Shown here in pieces: positions 11,914-26,879 of a stretch of 64,000 bases of DNA. The stretch spans positions 110,608,001 to 110,672,000 of the forward strand of contig OZ024745.1 in the NCBI GenBank assembly GCA_964016885.1. The letters are read 5' to 3'. The stretch comes from Eledone cirrhosa (taxonomy: Eukaryota). Each line of letters starts with the position of its first letter. Position 1 is the stretch's first letter. A program made the position numbers and the translations under genes. The notes below the pieces were generated by a model. That model did no database searches and was not told where the DNA came from. It worked only from the letters and a program-made list of their open reading frames with translations.

Positions 11914-14507
11914 GTGTGTTAATATAATGATGTGTATGCATGTGTGTCCTAGCTATAACAATATGTAAGCTTGTGTGTCCTCAATAATATAACAATGTGT
12001 AAGCTTGTGTGTCCCCAATATAACAATATGTAAAGTTTTGTGTCCTCAGTGTAAAAGTGTATAAGCAAGTATGTTTGTGGCAGATCTATTTATGTGTTCT
12101 CAATATAGGAATCTGCAAAAACGTGTTTGTAGTGGATTACGTGCATTCTCAACATAATGTTTAAGTGTGTGTTTGTGGTGGATGTATGTATGTACCAAAA
12201 GAGGTAATGCAATGTAAAAGCATCTGTCTTTATGGTGAATATATGAGACTTCACAATCTATTATTTGTATTTTATGTTCAACAATAAACACATTTTTGGC
12301 TATTTATTCATATCTTAAAATGAAAATAGATCTTAATTTTAATAAAAGATAAAAATACAAAGTATTTTAATGAACTGATATTTCACAGATGAGAGGACTA
12401 TGAGAATAATATAAGAATAGAGAGCACATTAATCTTTATAGGGGTAAACTGATAGGGAATAATGAAGCAATGACTTTCAGGAATATTTTAACTAATAAAT
12501 CAAGATTTTGAAAAAAAAAAAAAAAATTCTGTTGACATCCTAAAAGGGAGCAGTTAAATAAAAAACTAAATATATAACAAGAAACTATTTCTTTTGGTGA
12601 CTAATGGAAATGTACCCCTGATGACATGTTTCTACTGATAAGAACTATTTAAATGACTGATTTTTATATTAAGATCATTTTCAAAGGAAGAAGAAAAAAA
12701 ATAACCAATTTAGCTATTTGGAAAGAAATCAAAATAACGGTCCATTGTATAGATTCCTTTTAACCCCAGAGATAATTGAAGTTAATAAAATAATCTGTTA
12801 ACTTATCAGGACTGTCTCTTCTTTCTTTTATAGAAATGTAATCATGTTTCTTCATAAATCATAGCAATGCACTGTACTCTGTACTCCCTTAGTACTGAAA
12901 TAACTTTATAAGTAGATAATTTAGAGAACATTTTATATTTTATGTAGTCTATTGGAGTGCATTGTCTGAACTTGTAACTTTTATGGTTTATTATAATACT
13001 AGGATTTTTCTAATATCAGGGTTATCCATAATATTTCTAATATCAAGGTTATGAATGAAATAGTGTAGTACTGAACTGACAGGAAATGAATTTTCAAGAA
13101 CATCCAAATTCTTCTAGCATGAAAAATTATACAATGCTGTTTAAAGAGAAAAAACTGCTAGATATATTTATTAATTTTCCCTAAATAGCAAATATATTTC
13201 TTTCGATATGAATTTTGTGTTCAGCTTTCACTTTAATGAAGGAATAGCTTTCTCCATTTTGTTTTTCAAACATTAGACTTCTTTTACTGTTAGATGTCCC
13301 AGTCAGTTAAGTGAGGTATTTTACATGGTTGTTCCTGCTGTTTCACATCAGAACTATAAAACAGTTCATTTGGTATTTTTAGCAAGTATAATACTGAAGT
13401 TGAATGATAGATAAATGTATCTATATATTTAACTCTTTTGATACCAAACTGCCCTTCATACTCTGTTACAAAGCCATATATTTTAAAGTGTGTATATTCA
13501 CCTAAATACTTTCCATCTATGTAAGAACTTTTAAGCTATGCTCCAAACAGCATAATAATGAGAAACTTAGTTATTCTACTAAACAACTCCATTTTTCTTC
13601 TTTTTTTTTTTATCATTTTCAAAATTATTTGCAAATAGTAGGCAGTGTCTTTCACTAGAAATATAGTAAGGAAAGGATTAATAAATTTGACTGATTAAAA
13701 ACTATTCAGAAATTTTTCTTAAACTTGTAATAAAAGAGCTAAAAGGCTCATATAAAATAAATTGAAATGTCTAATTTTATAAGATTGACTATTTCATTTT
13801 CAAATATAAACTTTGTGTTTGTGCAAAATTTTAGAATCTTACCAAAAGGAATTGAATAAATAATTAAAGTTGTTTAAAATTCATTTATATCGTCACCCTC
13901 ACCATCTATTATAAGTTTGTTTTTCCATGCTGGCATGTGTTCAGCAAGATTTTTGAGGTAAAATTTTATGGCTGGATACCCTTTCTGATGCTAAAATTTA
14001 CTGGGGTTTTTTCTATTTTCTTAAGTTCAAATATGTCTAACTGCTGGACAGTGGACCTCTGTTTATCTGGAAACAAACAACTACTATTGTCTGTGCAAAG
14101 AGAAAAGGCAGATAAACACATGGCCACACATGCATGCACATATATATATTTATATATACAGCATATTTCTTATAGCTCTGCCTGCCAAATTCACTCACAA
14201 GGTATTGGTCAGCCCAGGGCTTTAATAGAAGACACTATTCCATGGCATCATGCCTGTACACACACATGTGCATATGAAACTGCAGGAGGTTGAGATCTGA
14301 AGAGCATATTTTAATGTTTGTGACCTGTTCTCATTCATCCATTCTATTTCCTCCTTCCTATCTTTTCTTTCCTTTGAGTCAACTCATATCAAGCCGCTGA
14401 CCTCTGTCCTTCAAGGTAATATTTTACCCAACACCGCTTTGACGGTATTTTGCTGTTTTAACAGCTTCCATATGCAGGGTTTTTCCATTTTCCTGAGAAT
14501 ATATATG

Positions 14508-14540
<33 letters not shown>

Positions 14541-14544
14541 GGGA

Positions 14545-15070
14545 AAAGATTAGAGCTTCTACTATTGTTGACCTCAAAAGGTTTCTCCCTACATACAAAA
14601 GGATGACTGTATGACACTTGTGTGCAAAGTGTGATGCTGCATGGTAGTGAAACATGGGCAGTGACCACAGAAGACGTGCAGAGACTAGAGAGAAATGAAG
14701 CAGCCATGTTTCGTTGAATGTGCAATGTAAGTGTAAGAGAAAGGCAGTGTTTTGATGAGTTGAGGGAGAAGCTGGGTTTAAGAGTGATGTGCAGTGGTGT
14801 GCAAGAGAAAAGACTGCATTGATGTGAGGAGCATGGACAATGATTGCTGGGTGAAAAAGTGCCAGGAAATTTCTGCAGAAGGAAGCCACAGTAATGGTAG
14901 ACCAAGAAAGACCTGGGCAGAGGTTGTGAGAGCTGACCTCAAATCACTGAGACTCACAGAGAAGATGACGAAATGAATGTGATGAGTGGAGAGATGCTGT
15001 GCTGAGAAATACCCATCCAACCCATACAAGTTTGGACAAACGAATGTAAAAACTATGATGATGATGATGA
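14545..15070 (+). mobile_element. RTE-clade LINE 3' end
   Basis: LYDTCVQSVMLHGSETWAVT..., GRPRKTWAEVVRADL, (GAT)n tail. Confidence 0.85.
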
Positions 15071-15719
15071 AATATATATATAATAAAATTAAGCATTATC
15101 CTTAATATATTTATGTTTTAATAAATTTATTTCATTGATGACACATTTAATTAAAAAGGAAAGTAAATAGAAATTCAGTTCATATGAATTCTAACACTTA
15201 CTTCAATAATTTCTTTCATTGAAATATATATTTTTTTCTTAGAATTCAAAACATCAATGATAAAAAGAATTACTCTATGAAGAATTGACAAATAGAACGT
15301 ACTGGACCAATTTCTTTGGATAAAAAAAATTGTTAGTAAATTTTATGCAAGCAAATTTAAAAAAAGGAATATTCACTTTCAAGCTGAAATTTTTTATAAA
15401 GAAATAAAAATTCATTTCATCAGATGAAAGCAAGAATGTCTGCATTCTATTTAGGTGGGTTAGAAACCATGCTTCAGCATCATTTATATATAACTACATA
15501 CTATTTTATGTTAGTGATTGTATTTTGAAGATGAACATAGTTTTGCAGAAATATATACTGTAGAATGCCATATCAATATTTTCTATATTCACAGAATATC
15601 TTTTTTTAAATCCCGAGTCAAATTTTCCAAGGTTTAGAAAGATCAAATCCAGTTATTTTTTTTTTTTCAATTGTCCCTTTCAATTCATTCCACTTTGAGA
15701 GACAGAGAGAGAGAGAGAG

Positions 15720-15780
<61 letters not shown>

Positions 15781-15979
15781 GTGTGTGTGTGCATGTGTGC
15801 ATGTGTGTGTGTGCGTGTTATACAGTAATATTGGGTATTAAATCATCACCACCATTTAACATTTATTGTCCATGCTTGCATGGGTTAGGTGGGTTGTCAC
15901 ATTCTAAGGCTATACTATTTTTGTTCATACATTGTTTTGGGCTTGGTTTCTATAACTCTTCCTAACACCAGTCACTTTT

Positions 15980-16330
15980 GACATTGTGACTCCAGCCTTA
16001 AACAGTGAACTGGGTGCTTTCTGTCATGGCACCAGCACTATCACCTTACAGGGTGGACTGGGTACTTTTTATTGTGGTAACAAACTACCACTTTACAGAA
16101 TTGTCTTGATGCATGACACCAGCACTACCACCTTACAGGATGAACAGGGTACTTTTTATTGTTTTACCAGAATTACCACTTTACAGAGTTGGCTGGATGC
16201 ATTTTATTGTGACACCAGCACTAACATTTTTTAGGGTGGACTGGGTGTTTTTTATTGTGCCACCAACACTACCTTATTACAAGATTAGGGGGCTCATTGT
16301 GTCCTTGTTACAGATAGTATTGATGTGACA
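15980..16330. repeat. Degenerate minisatellite of about 44 bp
   Basis: Repeated TGTGACACCAGCACTACCACCTTACAGGGTGGACTGGGTACTTTTTAT variants. Confidence 0.75.
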
Positions 16331-16711
16331 ACAGTATAATCCAACTAGTATACTACTTGATCTGTCATCGAAGACTCACAGTTAGGGTAGAGTTTCGGGC
16401 TCTGCCATTCCAAGCTAGCCATTGCAAGTTAAGATAAATCAACAGTTGGTTAAATCAATCCCCAATACTTGGAAACGACTAGTGATCCAGGTGGAAGAAA
16501 TCTGCAAAAGATAAACACCTAAGATGCTTTGGGGAGAAATAGAAATAGTTCATCTCAGTGGGCTGAACTTCATGAAGGAGATGACAAAGGACTGTAACAG
16601 GTGGTGAGACATCATTCGGGAGAAGATCCTTCCAATGCATGTAAGCTTGGAAAATCTGACACAAAATTATGACAATGACCACCCGTAACTCATTGAGTCA
16701 TGGGTAGTCTA

Positions 16712-17075
16712 GTAATATATATATAGAGAGAGGGTTATAATATATAGAAAGAGAGGGGGTTATAATATATATAGAGAGATGGTTATAATATATAGAAAGA
16801 GAGGGGGTTATAATATATAGAGAGAGAGGGGGTTATAATATATATAGAGAGTGAGGGGGTTATAATATATATATAGAGTGAGGGGTTATAATATATATAG
16901 AGAGAGGATTATAATATATAGAAAGAGAGGGGGTTATAATATATATATAGAGTGAGGGGTTATAATATATATAGAGAGAGGATTATAATATATAGAAAGA
17001 GAGGGGGTTATAATATATATAGTGAGAGAGGGTTATAATATATAGAAAGAGAGGGGGTGATAATATATATAGAGA
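16712..17075. repeat. Minisatellite of about 22-26 bp
   Basis: Repeated TATAATATATATAGAGAGAGGGGGT variants. Confidence 0.9.
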
Positions 17076-20000
17076 GAGTGTTATTGGTTATCATCGAGCT
17101 GTTGGCTATTTATGAAGGTACCCGGAAAAACCCTATATCTCGGGAACCCGTGCTCCGATTCATGCGAAACTTGTTTTGTTCCATTTGTATTCCCATTTCA
17201 GGGGTAACTTCCTATCTAAGTATTTTCCCATTATACACCGTTTTGGCTGTATTACATTACAGACAAGCACACAATCACAGAGTTTTAGAAGTATATAGAT
17301 ACTCTAGGGTAATAATGTGTTTTGGATACTTTGCCCAATGGCTAATTAAAACTAACCTGAGAAGGAAAACCACTACAAAAATTATATAAGTTATATGAAG
17401 CATCATTTAAAACATTATTATATGTGTATTGTATAAGCAAGATAGATTATTAAGGTTCCTTATGAAGATATTTGAATTATATAACCAATTGTTCTCTATG
17501 GTTATATCAGTTGACTAATATAGTATTGCATTTTTGGTTCTCAGGCAGGTATGGTGTATCAGACATATTTATATCTAGAGAAATTACTATATTTCAATGT
17601 ATTGGTTAGGTATTGAAAATTTCCAATATATATTTCTATTGACAGGAATATTTAACTTGGTTATTTGCTCCACAAAAATATGTTAAATAGGAAAAAATAT
17701 CTCTCAGCTAATTGACTATTTCTTACTATATGCCATGTGAGCACATCTATGATTTTTGAATAATTTTGAAAATAATCAAGATTTAGAGAGATTTAGAAAT
17801 ATAAATTACTTTCTCATTATCAAGTTGGTATTTGGAACATAGAAGTAGTTACATGAAATTATGATGGAAGATTTTTATATCAATATAACACCTCATGATA
17901 AAACAGATTTGTATCATAGTTATTGGGGGTGGCTAAACAAAATAATTTCACTTATTTTGGCAATACCTTAAACTACCTCCTTTTCAATTCTGAATTCAAA
18001 CCCTGCCAAGTTCTACCATTATCTTTCATTCTTCTGTTGTTGATTGAATCAAACTTCTTTCCCAAAATGTCTGATCTTTTCCAAATTTGGAAAATATCTT
18101 AATTTCTCTTATAATTCAGCTATCAATAATTTCTTTAAATATTTCACATTTAAGCTTATATGTTATTAGACCAATCTGAGGTATATTTTCAAATATTTGT
18201 GTGAGTCACTCCCCCAAATATATGTGTGTCACTCCCCACTCTCTTGGGACTGGCTGACTGTACTACTACTACACCTTTAGAGCTAACTTTTTTTTTGCCA
18301 TTTAGTAATTCTTAATTATTTATTCAGAATCCCCAAGACTGGTGGAAGGAAGAAAGGATGTTATCTTCATACCAGAGACTTAGTCTGAATACTTTCAACA
18401 CAGTGAACTCCACATAAGACATACAAGAACCACATAGTTGTGTTTAACCAAGTGACAGATTATATCTACCACCTAAGAACTGAGAATTCTAAGACCTGGA
18501 ATAAATACTACAAAGCATCCCATCTAACACTAAAAATTCTGCCATTTCACAAACATGAACAAGTAATTTATCAGCCCCAAAAGAATGAAAGGTGAAGAGG
18601 ACTCCAGCAAGATTTGAACTCAGAGAACAAATACAATATATTTAGCTCTATTCTTTAATGCAGCCATGGGAAAACTGTGTCATGTGGGCAGTATGTGGCC
18701 TATTTGGCTTTCTGAATTGCATGGATATTAAAAAATGTACCCTTTTAAATAGTCCAGCCCACATTATGACATGTCATCTACTGAAAAAAAAAACGATTTC
18801 TCATGCCTGTTCTAATGACAGTCAATTTTCCATCTCTCTTGAACCAGCAAAACATCAGCCTTCTACCCTGGTGGCTCATAATACCAGACCAAGAACTTTT
18901 AAGAATTAACCATAATACCCGACCAGAAAGGTCCTTTAGAAAAAAACTGTGAAGATCATCTTTTTTTAAATTTGCATAAGGGCTATATTTATAAAGGCTT
19001 ACTGAATTGACCATAGCAGGATTTGATAACAGAATGCAGAAAATGTGAACTAAGCTGTGTAATAGCATTTAGTTTAATATTTCTGACATTTCTACCATTT
19101 CACTGCTCTAATAGCATCAATAAAATGATAATCAACATGATTACTTTAACAAACAAAAAACAAACATGAAAAAATATATATGTAATTCAGAGTCCATGAA
19201 ACTGAATTTGCTTATGAGAGCATTTGTATTTTGCATTCAAAGAATTTAATTATAACATTAAAAAACACAATTATTTCTTTTTGATATGAGCAAGTTCTGT
19301 ATTTAATGGTCTATATATATTATCATTAAGGTTTACTGGCCAACAGATAAGAAAAAAAAGATATTAAATTCCAAATTAATCTAGAATCAAACAAACAAAA
19401 CATTGCTGTAAGCTGCCTTCAAAAATATGTAACATACATTTTAGATGTTTGTTTTTTTCATCAAAAAATAAATAAACTACAGAAGATAACAAACTCAACA
19501 TATAAAAACAAAAAAAAAATTGGAGGGAGAAGAAAAAAATACTAGTAATAGAAAAAAAATAATAAATGGGTTTTTGTGGTTGTTTGTTTTTAAATCTTTA
19601 CAACACCCATGTTTATAAATCTTGTTAATATATTAATGTAAAAAGAGAAGTTATATAGACAGCGAAATTAAATAACAACTGCAATACCAACAATGGTAAT
19701 AAAGCCCCGCCACCTTTCCCCCTCCTACAAATCGATAAAAAGTCCTACTGGGTTTTTCTTATGTAGCCTGACAACCAGCCCAGCAAAATAATTTTTAATT
19801 TTTTTGTGTTTTATTTTTCTGGACGCTAGGCAACATTCATATTTGAACTTGATTTATATAAATTTGGATCCCCCATGCATGCAAGACTAATAGCTCAACT
19901 ATTTATATTAATTAAACTTCAAAACTTTTCGACAGTTCTATGATGAAAGTACATATTTTATATTTAACACTTACTCCAATCTTTAAAATTCAAATGTACT

Positions 20001-20139
20001 ATGTTTTACTTCAGGTCATTAATAAGATATTTTAACTCTTTCATTAGCATATTTCTAATGAAAAACATAGCCCATGATTATCAAATACTTTTCAAAATAA
20101 TCAAGAATTTGGAGAGATTGTCTCATCATTAATCTGTGA

Positions 20140-20352
20140 TGGAATGGCAGTGTTGGTAGAGCGTTAGACATCATGCTTCACGGCATGGAGTTACCGCCCT
20201 TTACGTTCTGAGTTCAATTACCACTGAGGTTAGTTTTGCCTTTCATCTTTACGGGGTCAATGAAATAAAGCACTAGTAATGCACCAGTGCATTTCACTTT
20301 CCCCCCTCCCTTTCAAATTACTGGTATTGTGCCTAAAGTAGAAACAATTATT
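20140..20352 (+). mobile_element. SINE, older longer subfamily
   Basis: Same head, centre and tail as the main family with an extra segment of about 30 nt before the tail. Confidence 0.8.
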
Positions 20353-20394
20353 AATCCAGCATCTGGAGCATGATTCAACAAAAGCTTTTAACAT

Positions 20395-20640
20395 AATTCT
20401 GGGGCCTGATCAACCGCTACCTCTTTACACTGGTCTCCATCAAGATCACTTGGTCTCTGCACTGCTGATTTCCTCCATAAGGTTGGAAAGATAGCAGCCC
20501 GCTTGATGAAGAAGCCTTATGAGGGTGGGGTGGGTGTTGCAGCAGGTATCTCTGGCATTTTCCATGGGGCATGGCTGAGGTATTGCTCATACTGGGGTGT
20601 AGTATCTGTCCCTTCTTTCTCTTTCTTTTATTGCTTGGGC
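20395..20640 (+). mobile_element. Degenerate CRE-clade LINE 3' fragment
   Basis: GLINRYLF...DFLHKVGKIAARLMKKPYE...VLQQVSLAF aligns by eye to the cleaner copies at 47181 and 48217. Confidence 0.55.
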
Positions 20641-20996
20641 CTTTTTTCTTTTCTTTTTTTTTCTTCCTTTTCTGTTCCCATTAATAGTGTATTTTGTTTC
20701 TATTAAATTACTGCTCAATATATTTTCATGACGTAAGATTTTGTATAATGAATATGTTTTTTTTTTTATACACTCATAAATGTAATGTGGAGAACTATAA
20801 TAAATTTATGATGGAAGGTTTTTAGATAAATCTAAACACTTCAAAATAAACAGTTTTGAATTGTGGGCAGTTTGGATAAGAAAATAGTTTGTTTTTTGTT
20901 ACATTTTTAGGAGTGTATTTTGTGGGGGTTTTTTAAATAAGAATATTCAAAAGTGATAATAGAGTGATAAGTGAATTATTTACAAAAGGACCTTAA

Positions 20997-21200
20997 CCCT
21001 TTAGCATTTACATTACTCTACTCTATATTTACTATTGTATTTTCACAGTAAAGGCTTTATCTCACATAATATTGAATCTGTGAGATTTTGATATATTTTG
21101 AGAACAATAGCTTAACATCAGTTACATCGGTTACAGCTGGTTTAAACAGAAATAGGGGAGAGAATTCTGGCCAGATACGGCCGGTTTAAATGCTAAAGAG
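20997..21200. mobile_element. piggyBac-type MITE
   Basis: TTAA-CCCTTTAGCATTTA ... TAAATGCTAAAGAG-TTAA. Confidence 0.85.
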
Positions 21201-21566
21201 TTAATTATTGTTCATCACATTTGTTTTTTTTTGTTTTTTTTTAATTATTGAAGCAGATTTTACCCAGTAACAACATCCATCCATGGGATCTTAATGGAAT
21301 CATAGGAATACTGTTGTTGTGCATTTAATCCTTGCTAGTCCTGAACACAGCCATGTTCTTCCAGAGAGAAGGTGTGGGTTGAGAAAGAGATAAAGAGGAA
21401 GAATTGACCCTAATTTTTGACTGGTACTTTATCACCCAAGAAAGAATGAAAGCATAATTGACTTTCTTGTAATTTGAACACACAGCATGAAGAGCTGGAA
21501 TGAATATTGCAAAGTATTCTATATGACATACTATAATGACTACCAATTTGATGCCTTAACAGTCAG

Positions 21567-21599
<33 letters not shown>

Positions 21600-24169
21600 A
21601 CCCAACAAGTCATTTATTTTTATTCAAATTTGACATGAAATAAATGTGATCTATTAATTAACTTTTCCATAAGATTTATTTATATACATATATGATTGAG
21701 GAATATGAAACCTACAATCATATACTTGTAATACAGTAATCTTGAGTAAAAATATGCATTATGAGAAGTATATGCAGGCTCAAGTTATATATATATATAT
21801 GTGTTATAACCATACCATATTTCTTTAGAAATACAAAATTCCAATACACACACACACATATATATATATAATGTACACACCCACACATACATATATACAC
21901 ATACACACACGAACACATACAAATTCATATAAATATATATATATATATTAAACATTAATCTGAAACCTCATATCTCTTGATTCTTCTTACCAGTGGATTT
22001 ATTGTTCTTTTTTAATCTCTAAGTATTAAGATAGGTGTCTTGTTTAATATAGTTTATATTAAAATCTTACTTGATGGATTATATGTGTGTGTGCGTACGC
22101 GCGCATGTGCGTACGTGCGCATGTGCGTGTGTGTTCCTTTACTTTGTCTTGTACCCACAACTCTTAGCGATGTTGTAAGGGAGCTGGCATGTCTTCAGCA
22201 TTTTTAAACTTGGCAAAGCTCATCTCATGCCAAGTCTGACCACAGCTGATTTCTTCCCAAGAGAAACAAATAAAGTTAGAAAATGGGAAAAAGGAAGAAC
22301 CAGCCTGAATGCTGGTACTTTATTGACCCTGGAAAAAGGAAAGGCAAAATTTACCATGAGATTTGAACTCAAAGTGTCAGAATGAATACTACAAAGCATT
22401 CTACTCAGCTCTCTACATAGCCAAATCTATGGAAGATTTAAAAAAGAAAATCCTGGTGCAGAAGTAAAACTTAGAACAGCTTGTTGCTTTTACTTAGTAC
22501 AACTCACCAAAATGATCATAGGTAGTCACTTTATCTACTGAAAATAATAGTCAAATCTCCTTCAAATCATACCCTACTATCGTAAATAGGTAGAGGACAC
22601 ATTAAATAATGTAATCATATAAACCCCTACACAGAAAAGAAATAGCTTTTCCTTTTTCTTACATTATATTTCAAACAATTTCTATTCACCACACTTCCTC
22701 ATTGTGCCAATAAATTTATTTTGGCAAAGACAACAGTAATTTTTAGAATACCTTTGACCATACTTCTTGATCAGAGCTGATCTGGGGATAAACAGTAATA
22801 AGAACAACTACCATTTATCTTGAGAAAATATCTGCTATTTTATATGAAATTTCAAGACTATCTTTTTTCTTAACATGAAAAATCCTGCGTAGATTTTTTG
22901 TTAATATTCCAACCAAAGATTGTAAATCAGAATTGTAATGTGATATTTAATTTCTAAAAAATGTTTATGTGAATTGTGAATTATGTCTCCACTCCAATTA
23001 TAAACTTCATAGAAACAAACAACAAAGATAAGAATATAAGATCAAGTCATTTATTAGATATATTATGATTTTCTTTTTTCACAGTTAACACTCTTGTAGT
23101 TTCTAAATACTTGGAGGAAAAATATCAAGTTGAATCTTGCCATACTGATATAATCATTCATGTAAGACATTCCATCCATTAATTTCAACTTGTTAGATTA
23201 ATGGCTCTGAGAAATTTATTTGGAAAAGGAAATTAAAAAGAACAAGTAATGCCATTTGTACGGGGAAAAAACAAGAGTTTTCAAAATGAATAAAATTTTC
23301 ACATGGAGAAATGTGTTTCACGGAAAAAGACAAAATTCCTGAGGTTCAAGAAAAATTATATTTCAAAACAACAAAAAAAATTGCAAACAACAAATCGAAA
23401 AGAAAATTACACTTTGGAAAATGTTTATAATGTAAGGACTTGGCATAAAATTAAATAAGAAATCATCGTAAAGATACTCAAGAATAATTTTTTTTATTTG
23501 TTTTAATTATTCAGCTAGAAGAGATAACTAAAGTCAACATGTTCAATCACTGTTATTTTAGAAATTAAATTTAATAAAAAGAAAATGGAAAGAAAAATAC
23601 AGTGTATAACCCTCTTTCATATGATTTCTTGGGATTAGAAGAATTCTTAGAGAAAGCACTTGGTATACTTAAGACTTTTTATTGTACTATATGAATGAAA
23701 ATGATGATCATTTTAGTGTAATGCATGAATGAAAATCAAATCAGCTTGTTTAAATCGTTATCAACATCAGTAGCAACAATATTTGAACCTTTTTTTTCAG
23801 AGTTCGCTTCCACCCTACCTTGTGCAAGTGTATTCTAGTGTAGCCTTAGGTTGAACCTTATCTTGTGAATGGAAATTGGTACTAGGAAACAATAAAGAAA
23901 CTTTTCATATATATAAGTGTGTGTGTGTTGAAGATGTCCATTCAACCCTCAACACATACGGTGAGTTTTAAGAAGCTAAACCTGACAGAGCCTATCACAC
24001 CCCCTTCTTCCAGAGAGAACAAAATTGATACCACAATTAGACAGGTACATTATTAACCCTAAAGGAATGAAGGCCAGAATAAATACAGGAAAGCACTCAG
24101 TTGAACACCTTAATGACCCTGCCAATCCACCTTTTTTTTGTGTGTGTGTGTGTGTATGCATGCACACAC

Positions 24170-24930
24170 ATTGATTGCTATTTCTTGGCAGAAGAGTGCC
24201 ATTCCTTCATTGAATGTTGCTCAATCATGTGCACAAAGGGGACTTTTCCGACCAGCTTTTGTTTTGCGAGCATGTTTACGGATGTGACACTTGAACTGTG
24301 TCTCCTGGCATTATCCACTGGGGTGTAACTTCATGCATTCTACTATGTCTGGTCAATCCACCAGCTGACATGCAAATTAAGCCACACTCATTGAAAATGT
24401 ACTATAGAGGCTCAATTTCTCCCTGGCTCATGTGAATTTAGATGATTAACAAATCCAGCTCTTGATAGAAGCAATCATCTGCATACATTGCACCTCAATT
24501 CCTGCTGAATTTTTGCAGGCACTGCATTTGGGGCCCACTTACGGAATGAGCACTTCAAAACAGGATGCTCAAAGTCATCACATTCATACTTAATGATCAT
24601 TCTCCATGATGTACAGACTTCAGCTAATGCCTCCCAGTTCACCATATCAATCTGCAGAGCTTTAAAAATGATAATCTTTTATAACATTCCTAAACTGTTT
24701 CTTTGGTTTATGCTGTGGTATTTTTCCTTTGGTCAGCTCCCTGAAATGTGTTTAGGAAGCCTTCCTTCTTCCATTCTAACCACATGATCAACCCAATCCA
24801 TCTGTCTCATAATAATCCCCTTCTCAATAAACATACCACGCCCATGATCTATTATGACCCTTGCTAAGAACATGAACAATTCACTGCTAGTATGACCCTT
24901 CTGAATCTGAAGATGGAGCTGTTAAGGTTT
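24170..24930 (-). mobile_element. Old RTE (BovB-like) LINE 3' fragment
   Basis: Minus strand reads HVVRMEEGRLPKHI..ELTKGK...KALQIDMVNWEALAEVCTSWR. Confidence 0.65.
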
Positions 24931-25817
24931 CTAAACATTAATAGACATATAGATTTAGGAATGCTATTGATCGAAACAAGACATTAATAATTGCATTGTT
25001 TCTTTCCAGAGATTATGTTGAAAAATAAACCTCATTTGGTCATTCCATGAGAGTATCTTGGTCAACCGATCCTTGTATGTGTGCATATCTATGCATTTAT
25101 ACTTATTAGTGCAAAGAACTGGTATTGCGTCAAGAATCTGTAAATTAGAAGTTCAATCAATATTGATTGGTAAAATATATACCTGACTGGAATAAGTAAC
25201 GGGCTTGTTTATGATTGAGAAAGATTGTTATATAACATCCATGAATTGGGCTGGTCTCACTTGGGGATCCATCCAGATCAATTGGAGATCATTACTTCTG
25301 GCAGGACCCGCTAGAAGGAGTGTTTGAAGACTGCCCCTGCTATCCTCTCAGGAATAAATGGGTGAAGAAGAAGGAGAGGAATAACTAAGATAACTAAGCA
25401 AGTAGATCTGTGGCCAAAATTATTTCATTCATGGTCATCACATCTTTAATCAGACACTTATCTACAACCATATCATCCAATGTGTTTTTACCTCTTTTTA
25501 ATAAAAATAAGTTGGTATGATGTGATTTGTTGAAGATTTGGCTGCTATTTCACTTTAACATGAATGACGATGAAAATAGTAATAACTAGCAGAATGGCCC
25601 AGCGTTGCTTGTGATTCTAAACATAGATTGGCATGTTTATCCCTCCTTTCTGAAACAGTACAGAGAAGTACAGAATACCTCAGCCTCGGGATGGTGTCTA
25701 GATTTTGTGCTTATGAAAAAGATTTGTCATAGATTACCAGGGGTTTAACTTAATTAGGTGCCTGAGAGTAAAATGTTCAACCCACGAAAACCAAGCATCA
25801 GCACTCCGACAACGTTG

Positions 25818-26048
25818 TCACTGGTCTTCTGTCTCGGCAGCTCGTGCAGCAGAAGTTGATGTAGCATCAGCGGTTTGCCGAATGGATCGATGGTTGTATG
25901 TTTCTAGTGCTCTTCTGGTGGCAGTACGTTCAGCATCTTGCGACCATCGAATAGCAGATTCCACTGACGATTCATTTGCCCACCTTGTTCTTTTTCTTGC
26001 CGCTTTCGCAGTATTTCGGCCAATGGAGTATCTCATCCTTCAAGGCAT
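25818..26048 (-). pseudogene. Helitron RepHel N-terminal fragment
   Basis: MP*RMRYSIGRNTAKAARKRTRWANES...RRALET...ARAAETEDQ: SIGR.T start and R..ET.EQ repeats typical of animal Helitron ORF N-termini. Confidence 0.6.
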
Positions 26049-26212
26049 GACCTAAAAGCAGGATGAAGTACACTAAGACTAACTGGTAGAGTAAGGAGTA
26101 AACTCGTCAGTGATGCATGTGATTTCTGAACCGTTGACTATGTAATCGCTGGCCTTGTTTGTTTATATTTTATTTTTGTGTATGCAAAAATATCTGTACA
26201 CGAATATATATA

Positions 26213-26330
26213 TATTAAAATAACAGATTAAAGTTTAAGCAAAGAATCGCTGCTTTCACCCTTAACGGGATCTTCTGAAACTAAAAAAAAATCAATCTGT
26301 GAACGCAGATGTAAATATTTCGAAAAACGC
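26213..26330 (-). mobile_element. Neptune-type PLE terminal fragment (family B) nested in the Helitron
   Basis: Reverse complement of 47635-47743; (TA)n flanks. Confidence 0.7.
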
Positions 26331-26336
26331 TACACA

Positions 26337-26393
<57 letters not shown>

Positions 26394-26879
26394 ATATATA
26401 CATATACACACACACACACACACAGATAGCGAAGTCAATGTCGTAATGCAGACAGCCAGACATACAGACACATATTATAAGGGCGCAACATATCAATCTG
26501 TGAACGCAGAAGTAAATATTTCGAAAAACGTTACACACTATATATATATATACATATATACACACACACAGATAGTGTCATAATGTCGTAATGCAGACAG
26601 CCAGACATACAGACAGACAGATATTATAAGGACGCAACCTTATAGCTATGGATCTATCTAAAAAGAGAGAGACTAAGAAAAAGGGAGAAAGCGATCGCTT
26701 TTTTGCCTAATGCGGTCCCTAGGCCATTGAAAATTTGAAATATGTTTTGCTCAAAACACTCACACTACCATAAGTATTATACGTGTAAAGTTTGAAAAAA
26801 ATCGGTTGGGTGGTTCTCGAGTTTTAGGGAGTCAGACAGACAGACAAAGATACATTCTCTATTTTAGATATTTAGATAA

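Larger units (their letters stand above)
25586..26876 (-). mobile_element. Non-autonomous Helitron
   Basis: Minus strand starts a|TC (26876), has a subterminal (CTGT)n, ends CACAAGCAACGCTGGG (decayed hairpin)...CTAG|t (25586); no TSD; carries a RepHel N-terminus-like ORF. Confidence 0.75.

Noticed and set aside
15980-17075. Regular repeats as possible CRISPR arrays
   Set aside because: No unique spacers, degenerate units, no cas genes, eukaryotic context
17085-17390. CpG-containing segment after the minisatellite, with a 110-aa ORF
   Set aside because: Probably an unclassified DNA-element fragment; no termini or protein motif I can support
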